NCBI GenBank assembly: GCA_002269645.1 | Contig: NIVC01000063.1 | Coordinates: forward strand, 89,649 to 153,648 | Direction: 5' to 3' | DNA: 64,000 nucleotides | Origin: Macrostomum lignano | Taxonomy: Eukaryota | Shown: in pieces, positions 55,548 through 64,000 of the stretch | Layout: each line of letters begins with the position of its first letter | How positions within the stretch are numbered: position 1 is the stretch's first letter | Notes under the pieces: generated by a model | The model's input: only the letters and a program-made list of their open reading frames with translations | What the model was told of the DNA's origin: nothing | Databases searched by the model: none | Translations under genes and position numbers: made by a program

Positions 55548-57913
55548 TGTTACCATTTGATTCTGGTTAGCTTGGAATAGTTGCGAAAGGGAAATCTGCA
55601 AAGTTTTGTATAGTTTTATTTATTTAAATTTGCATGTTCAACTCCACTACTACACTACTAGCAATTGATAGTAGTAACAAAACTAAAATTAAAAAATTAT
55701 GCAACTAGCATCAATTTATGGCCTGCAATTTCAACTCCTAAGTGGTAATTAGGTCTCCAGCCAGCTAAATTTTATTAACAATTCTTCAGCTTCAAAAAAC
55801 ACGCTGGTATTTCTTCAGTTTTTCTTAAATATCATAGTGAGCAGTAATAAACATCAGGATAAACAATCTAAAACAGGGGCCAGCAAACATTTTTACCTTT
55901 GAGAGCCAGATTGAGAAATTGAGAAGAGATCCAGCACATGAGACATGACTACAGGCTAGAGGAGGGGAGAGAGAGGAGAGAAGAGAACTGAGAAGAAAAA
56001 CATTGAGCAGGCTAGATTGCTTTTGTGAGGCTTAACAGGCTATATGTGGTCTGTGCACTGAAGTTTGCTGACCTTTTGTTGAAAAGGTCACTAACAAAAT
56101 TTAAGAATTCATGTAGCAAAGTAATAAATCAATTTCTTGTTTCTCTTATCTTCTAAGATTTACTTATATAAAACTTAATAATATATAAAACTTATCAATA
56201 CAATCATATATTGTTCACAAAAAATTATGAACCACTATCATTAAAGTAATACAATTATACCTTTTAATAAATAGACTATTTATTATAATAAAATTATGCC
56301 CAAGAAACCTTTATCATTGCACCTGATTTAATTTTAGTATAAAAATGAAAAACTTTTACAATACAATTGCAATTTACTATTTTAATATACTTTAACCTAA
56401 GGTTTATATATCTTAAAAGTCAAAAGTCATTTAAATTATTTTACTATAGATAAATAAATCTAGATAGATAGACAACTCATTTTAAGTTGAAAAACTGTTT
56501 TAAAAAGTTTCAATGTTCAGTTCCAGATCATGTTTTGCACTGAGAAGGTGTCTCAATATGTTTGCTGCTTGAAGTCCTATGTTCTCTCAGCTTTTTATTG
56601 CAGGAATCATTCATAAATTTCAGTGCTCTTAAGACTAGATTATCTCTTACATAGGAAAACAAAGCAACACATATACAAGGGTCAAGGAGAATTGGACTAA
56701 AAATATTAACCATCTAGGAACACGTGCTTGTATAAGATTAATGTTGCAATAGCAACTCTTGTTATAAGTATATTTGTATAGTCACATATAAAAATATTTT
56801 AAAAGTAGAAAAATGACTTAAATCATATTTGTTTTATTAGATATAATTGATTTTTTATATTAGAACTTATCATTCTCAATGTTTTTTAGCTATAATTTAA
56901 TGTTAGTTAAATTGATTCCATAGTTACAAGTGGCATTTTTATTGCCTTTGGTATAAAAATGATTCTAGATGTGATATAATATAAAGTGCGTACATTGCCT
57001 TAGCTTGTATTAAAACATTCATTTGCATATATTGATATATTATAAAATTGATTTCATAGCCTATAGTCATGATCATATCCATTGTATATTAGCATTGTAT
57101 ATTAGGTAAAGTAAAATTTAAAGTTTTCTAAATAAATGAGAAAATTTAATCTATGCAAATTCAAGTATTGAAAAAATCTTTTTTTAATCTTGTTGCCAAT
57201 GCATATTTGCAAATTTCTTTAAAAAGGTCTATAAAAAATTATTAAATAAACTAATTAGCATGTTTTGGTAATAAATGAAAGGTAACTAAAGATTTATCAT
57301 GATAAATATTAATGTCAATATCATATCTAAAAACCTTAAAATAGCAATTTTTTTTAATTTTGTAAAATAGTGCCTCTTTGTTTGATATACATTAGTTTCA
57401 ACACTACAGTTGATCTATACTACATTGCACTATTATATTACAACTGCATATATCAAGGTATTGACCTGAGAAAGCTTTTGTGCATTAGAATTTTCTAAGC
57501 AAAATAACATTATCCTGGGCATAGTTCATAGCTAGGCATTATTAGCTTGAATTTAAAATACACATTTCACTATTTTCCTATGACCTAATTTTATGATATA
57601 GTTTATTGTATAATTTTTGTTCTATAGTCTAGCATATAGATTTGTCATATAGGCCTATGCACTAGAATTAAATTAAATTATATTCAATTATATTATCTAA
57701 ACATGTAATATTCATATTAACTACCCCCTACTCTTTTAGACATTAGTATATACTATATGTAAAAATATTATATCAATGTTTTGGGTGCTAAACAATTTGG
57801 TCAAAGCAAATTTGGCAACAATCTAGGCAAATTTGGGACCAATTAATAAAGGAAAAACAATTGTGTATAATTTGAATAACTCTTTAGTAAAATAGTATTC
57901 TTCAATGCACATA

Positions 57914-58204
57914 CATGCGCAACCTCCAAAATTTGGTCAGCTGTGCAACTTAGTTTTAACAAAAATGTGAAATAGTTTTTGGCCAACAATGCAACTTATG
58001 TAAAAAAACCTAAAGCAAAATTAACGCAACTTTGGGTAAACGGCAGGAGTAACTATGATCGTCTTATTAAGACAAAATGCCTCATCAGCTACTTAGTAAT
58101 ACTACTTTGGTATTTTTTCGGGTGGGCATTTTTGAGACAGACTTCCTTGGTTGGCCGCCAAATCAGTCGGCTGGATCGGCCGACTTGGCCAACTGTTGCA
58201 CATG
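57914..58204 (-). mobile_element. 291-bp MITE, same family as 25049-25293, opposite orientation
   Basis: ta|CATGCGCAAC...GTTGCACATG|ta; interior matches the reverse complement of the 25049 copy (aatgcaactta, ggtaaa..gcaggagtaactat, aaatgcctcat). Confidence 0.8.
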
Positions 58205-59326
58205 TATGTTCAATGCATATTAGATTTCCTTTTGAATTGAGTTTATTTTATCTATCACTTAATCATCTTTGTGAGTTTTAAAGTCCTTTCCAAAAAATGT
58301 TTTTTTAATTTAACAGGCAGCTTCGAAAGCAAAAACTTTTGTTGGAACTTGGAAAAAATGAGAAAAATGATTTTTTGTAGGCCTATGCCTAAAAGGATCC
58401 TTCTATTACTTATTAGTATTGGTTATAATCTCAAGGAAAGGTATTTTCAAAAATATACCATGCAAAGAGAAATTATAAAATTAAAAAATGTCAAGTGGGC
58501 CCCAATAATATATTCTTAAAGATGTGAGATATCCAATTTAATATACTTTCTTGGTCATTTTAATATGCTTATATATATGGCCATTATTTTACATTTATAA
58601 ACTTTCATGAGCATTTTAGAAAAGCCTTTCTTATATGTCATTTGCTTTAACTTGTCTTTAGCTATAAAAAGACATGTTGCCAAATTTGTTTGTCATTGAT
58701 TTTTTGCACATTACAATGTTTTGATGCCTTTAAACTTATAATATAAGCCTATTTTGGCATTGGTTTTTATTTAAACAAATGATTTTTATGCATATTACAT
58801 AAAATTCATAGGCCTTAATTAAGGTTGAGAACAATAAAAACCATTAGGGCCTAATAGTTTACAAAACTAAGTTTAATTGTTTGTTTGAATTGTTTTATTT
58901 ATCATTGTCTTTTTGCTTTCTAATTTTAGACCTAGATTAGATTAAGGGTGCCACTGAATTTGTCAACATCTAATTAAGGCCAACATGGGTTTAACTTACT
59001 ATGCATGATTGACAAATTAGGTTACTTGACAATATGCTAATGACCAACTAGTATATATTGATTATACACATTGAAAATTGAAATTTTTGCATATATTTTG
59101 AAATCTAAAGTTATACTTAAACAAAACCTTTGTTAATGATTTAGGAGAGAAACAAACGGGATTAATTTTTAAATTAAAGTGATCATTTGCTTCACTCTAA
59201 TGATGCAATAAAGTCTAATAAAGCTACATAGCACAAAAAACCTAATAGACTAGCTCTTGATATACTTATATCTGGATACTCAATTATATAGAATATTGTA
59301 TTATATACATAGAATTGACTGCCCAA

Positions 59327-60156
59327 CAGTGTTGGGCACCGTTAATGAAAATCTTAACTTCCATTAACAGCAAAAGCGTTAGCGTTAAAACAAAAAAATC
59401 TTAACTTTTTAACTCCTAATTTTGTTAAGTTAACTTAAAGTTAACTGATTATCGTTAATAAGCATTAATCTGTTAAAGTTAACATAGAAAATACGAAAAT
59501 CTTGCATGTTTTTTCCAAAACAGACTTCATATTGCATGTCTTTGCTATTCCATCTTTTTAGCGAAACATAGAGGTCATCTAAGCAATTTGAAAGCTAAAA
59601 AAGTAATAAATAATCATTCTAAAAAACTTGCATGCATAATACTACTAAAAGTAAAGCATATGGTAAAAAAGTAACTTATTTTATTTGAAACTTAAAAGCT
59701 AATAACAAGAAATTCATAATTAAATATGCATAGGAAGGTTGTTTCAGTACCATTAGCAGGCGCAGCAGAAAGTTGCGAAAGATTGGGACAGAAGTGAATC
59801 AAAGCAATTAATGCTCACACGCAAGAAATAAAGCTTCACACTATTTTAATTCATTATTTTAAAGTTTATTTGTAAGAAGTTGTTAATTACATGTATGTCT
59901 ATATGATCATCGTCATAAATAAAGATATTATATTTAGGCATATAGGTAAGCTCAAATACATTCGTAATGTTTAAACTTCTTGTAAGACTTCTATTTTTCG
60001 TTCCTTCTTTGCGTCTTTGGTCATTGACATAGACACTACCATTAACGATGAATTTATCTGTTATCTGTTAACGTCTGTTAACGTTAATGAAAAATCTTAA
60101 TGCTTATTAACGGATTAACACTTATTAATAGACTGGTGCAGTGGTGCCTAACACTG
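59327..60156. mobile_element. 830-bp non-autonomous hAT-type DNA transposon
   Basis: TIR CAGTGTT(G/A)GGCACC; perfect 8-bp TSD CTGCCCAA at 59319-59326 and 60157-60164; subterminal TTAAC/GTTAA motifs; no transposase ORF. Confidence 0.88.
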
Positions 60157-60816
60157 CTGCCCAATCCATTAGATTTTGAGTTATATAAGCAAAACAGCAT
60201 TTAGAATGTTTACTCATGAAGTCTTGTTGAAGTCTTTTGCAATATTTTGCTCATTGCATTATAGAAATTTATGGTTATTGCATTAATTAAAAAACTTTAT
60301 AGTAAGTCTGTCTTGTTATTGACAAATTTGCTCAGCTTGTTTCAACTGTTGAAAAATTTGATTTTTTTTTAGTTTAGGTCTGTTGACAAATTAGATGTTG
60401 ACAGATTCAGTGTAGGCCTAACCCAGATTTAAATGTTTAGAAAAAAACAGTGCAAAGCTATCAACCTAAATGTCTAATAATAATATATATATACATATGA
60501 TAATACTTGCAATTGTATAAAATATTATTACTTTCAACAATTATAACTTATAATTGATAAATATTTAGTAAAGTAAAAGAAATAAAGAGTCTCAGATTCA
60601 GACATTAGGCCTATGCTTTGAATGATAAAATACAAAAAACTAGACATGCCCTACTACACCTACAGTACAGCCTTACCCCAACGAGTGTTACTTAATAGGC
60701 ATACTATAGTCTCTGAGTCTCTTTATATTGACCTCTTAAACTTTGTCCGACTCGGAATATTCCGACCGTTATTCCAACTCCGATTGATTATTTGAACTCG
60801 GCCCTAGGGGCCTACC

Positions 60817-62239
60817 TAGGGGGCAACCCAGTCCCGGGCCCGGGCCCGAAAAGTCGGGAATCCCGACCGAAATCGTGGCCCGACCCGGGCCCGACCCTAA
60901 AAAAGTCGGGAAATCGGGACAAGTATTTTTTCCCTAAAGGCACTAACCGCGTGCGAATAAGAATAAAATTATTTTTCAACATATTCACACTAATTTACGT
61001 TTAATTCCAGCCCCAGGAAAATGCAACTGCAACTGCAACTGTCTGTGACCGTGAGTGTCAGCCACAGCAGTTTCCACTTTCCAGGAAGATCGGATTTTTT
61101 TCCAGGAAGATAAAATTAAAACAGTTTTGCAATACTTTTTTGCAATATTGATTCCACTTTACACGCTGCAGGCTGCAGCCTAAAAGCAAAAATATGATTC
61201 TTTAAAAAGTTGATTTAGTCATTTTTAAGCTTTTGTAAATAACATTTCCTATTTACATTCCAAGAAGTACCTATTAAGGGCCAAGGCAACCATTTTTCCA
61301 AGAAGTTTGCTATCTATCAGTATCAGAGTTTGTAATCGTGTTCATATTTGTATCGTATTCGTAGGTAGTCGTAGTCGTAGACTCATAGTATCGTATTCGT
61401 AATCATATTCGTTTAGGTGGGTAGGTGAGCAGGTAGGCAGGTATCAGCTAATTACTTGTATTTCCATTGTCTGTTTGCCTGTTCTGTTGAGACAGTTGAG
61501 TGTTGTGTTGTGTTGTCACTTCATTTGTGTTCTGCTCTGTTGTCTTGTCTTGTTGTCTTACTGAATACTGACTGTGTACATGGCTCTTTACATTGAAGCT
61601 ATGTAAAGGAACTAAAAATTCAAATAAAAGAATCAATCAATTGATTTGGTTCTTACTTCCTTACTGCTTCCAATGCCAAGTGCCTTACACTTAATGCTTC
61701 AGCTTTTTTTCTTTTTGATTACTGCCACTGCCAGTGCCAGCCGCACTGCCGCAGTGCCTGCTTGCCTACCTCACTGCCTGTTAGTGTCATTGTCACTGGC
61801 ACACACACAGTACTTGTGCCACACAGGGACATTGAATTTGAACTATTGAGTATTGATATTTGATATTTGAGTATTAAGTCTTTTAATGTAACTCTTATCT
61901 ATTCTGAAGTCTTAACTAATGTATTAAATAATAATATTAATAATATTTATTATATTTATATATTATTATATATTTAATGTATTTATATATTATAATATAT
62001 TTGATGTTTATCATATATTTATTATACATTTAATATATTAAATTTAAAAATTCATATATTTATTATATATTTAATAGTAATCCGCATATGCTAAAAGTAT
62101 TAAGATTTATTATGATTTTTTTCCAATTATTGAGCTGTCCTAAAGATCTTGTCCCGAATTCCCGAGGCCCGACCCGGGCCCGAGTCCTCATTCCCGGGCC
62201 CGACCCGGGCCCGACTTTGGCCGTCCCGGTCGCCCCCTA
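60817..62239. mobile_element. 1423-bp non-autonomous hAT-type DNA transposon
   Basis: TIR TAGGGGGC(A/G)ACC; perfect 8-bp TSD GGCCTACC at 60809-60816 and 62240-62247; clustered subterminal CCCGAC/GTCGGG motifs at both ends; AT-rich non-coding interior. Confidence 0.9.
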
Positions 62240-62737
62240 GGCCTACCCCTACTCTATATCATTGACAGTAAAAATGCAAGTAAAAAACGAACATCTAATA
62301 CAGTCACATAATATATATGGGTGCCGTATAGCAATTGGTCAGCATAAAATACAATAGACTAAAGAAAAAATCATTAGCAAACAGAACGTCTAATCTAAGC
62401 GACAGGAATCTTGCAATCAATTAGGATTTTCTTAAAAATCTCGCGTAAGGGAAAATTTAAAAAGGTTGCTAATTCAAAGTAAAGCAAAATACTCTTCTAA
62501 TTTCGAAAAAACTTTTGCTATTGTTACTTTCATGCTTAGAATGTATAGAAATACATAAACAATCGATTTCTTGATTTCTTATTGCTGAATTGAATTCTAA
62601 CGTTAAAGCTTACCCATTGATATTTTGGAAGTTCGCTAATTTACAAAATGCTCAATTATACTCATTAAATTAAGATTATAGGTTTCCAGAATAATCGAAG
62701 CAAACGTCAGAAGAACTTTTTGTAAAAATTAACCTGT

Positions 62738-63107
62738 ATGTATCTTCTACAACACACGTTTAAAATTGAACGGCGGGCTCTGTGCGATGATCTGGTACAG
62801 AATTGGCACATGATCGAGAAGAATTCAGTCGGTGATAACCTTCTTAAAGCCCCTTTTCAACCTATTACAGTCCTCCAGGGTCTCTGGCAGCTCAACGGAA
62901 GCAGGTTTTATTTAGCCCACACCATTATCGATCTGCCAGAATTTGGATATCGAACCAAGCCTATGGCAATTCATATTCCAGCTGCGCTCTACAGGTACAT
63001 GTATACGCGGGACGCAGCAGAACTCCCCACGCCGTCGCGGCCACATTCAAATTTGAAACATCATTACAATTTCACAGGTACGCATAGCAAAACGTGCACG
63101 CATGTAG

Positions 63108-63200
<93 letters not shown>

Positions 63201-63277
63201 ATGCTATCCCGCTACACAGCAATTATTTCTTAGCATGATCCAGCGAAGCCTGCACCAACAGACAATCCAACAATTAT
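62738..63277 (+). CDS. Possible 5' exons of an unknown gene (62738-62994, 63234-63277)
   Basis: About 85 open codons of non-repetitive sequence ending at cag|gtacat, then a phase-compatible 44-nt exon (ttcttag...t|gtaagt). No family recognised; downstream exons not found. Confidence 0.4.
63111..63198. repeat. (GT)n microsatellite
   Basis: About 44 perfect dinucleotides. Confidence 0.98.
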
Positions 63278-63890
63278 GTAAGTCGACAAGCTCTCCGGTC
63301 TAGCTATAAAATACATTTACATGTACTTCTACGCAGAGACCACTTAAACTAGGGACGGGAATAAAAAAACTGGCCTAATCATGCAGAAAATATAGTTTGG
63401 GAGGCTGGTTTTTTCAAGTGCTCCCTGGCCTAGATCGAACTTATTATTGAACGCACATGTAGAAAGCTGGTTTATCGCCATAATCCTGTACAGAATTTAA
63501 CCCTCTACAAGATATACAAAACTCGATTTTTGTCAATATTCATTCTGAGAGGAGCAGTAAGCTTTTTTGTACAGGACCCCTTTTTTCACAGTGTTTTATA
63601 TAGAGATCGAATGCCAAATTATACATGTACGAGCGTGTTTGTGCAGTCAGAGGGCCTCTGTCTACATGTAGCTCGTACATGGTAGCATATGGTATAAAAC
63701 GCATCACTATAACACAATTGTCTATGAATTGAGCATGCAACAAAGGCTTGGCTTTAGTCTCTGTCTGATGATTGATAGAGCCTGATACATGTACATGTAC
63801 GAGTACATGTATATGAATGAAAAGCTTCGCTAGCTCGTAAAGGCAAACGTCAGAAGAACCTCTAGCAAAGCAAACTTTTTCAAGTCAAGC

Positions 63891-64000
63891 TCACGAGACC
63901 CCCGTCGGGTGGAGCGCCGCCTGCCTCTGTCTGTGCGAGACCAGGTGGATAAAAAGATCGTACAGATGCTGGACAGCTGCATCACCGAGCCGTCGTCGTC
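63891..64000 (+). mobile_element. Ty3/gypsy pol fragment (N-terminal flank of reverse transcriptase), continues past the edge
   Basis: Translates as SRDPRRVERRLPLSVRDQVDKKIVQMLDSCITEPSS, matching the PRRxP...VDxxIxxML..GIIEPSxS pattern that precedes gypsy RT. An in-frame stop near 63831 and no gag/protease upstream indicate a remnant. Confidence 0.7.

Overview
Eukaryotic (animal) genomic DNA; I found no prokaryotic genes, CRISPR arrays or RNA genes. GC-rich exons alternate with introns that each hold a different minisatellite, and the proteins carry poly-Q/poly-A tracts. This resembles the flatworm Macrostomum lignano (inference, not verified). Genes in order: an intronless secreted C-type lectin + PAN/apple-like gene (-); a 13-exon uncharacterised C2-like protein (+); a type I membrane mucin with QPTT[A/S] repeats (-); GATAD2/p66 (-) with a stand-alone THAP-domain ORF 0.5 kb upstream on the same strand; an 11-exon adenylate cyclase type 9 (+); CNOT4 (-); a possible unknown gene (+); and a Ty3/gypsy RT fragment at the right edge. 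About 28 non-coding tandem arrays are present. Two AT-rich, CpG-poor blocks hold three copies of a TA-flanked MITE and two non-autonomous hAT elements with intact 8-bp TSDs. Most long ORFs in the track are repeat artefacts. The best novelty candidate is THAP plus p66, where the splice signals allow either an in-frame THAP-GATAD2 fusion or a bicistronic transcript. Next come the one-minisatellite-per-intron architecture with a recurrent TGACCT core and embedded splice signals, and an AC9 with Leu at the position where mammalian AC9 has the forskolin-blocking Tyr. All exon models were read by eye from GT-AG signals and phase consistency, with no transcript data.
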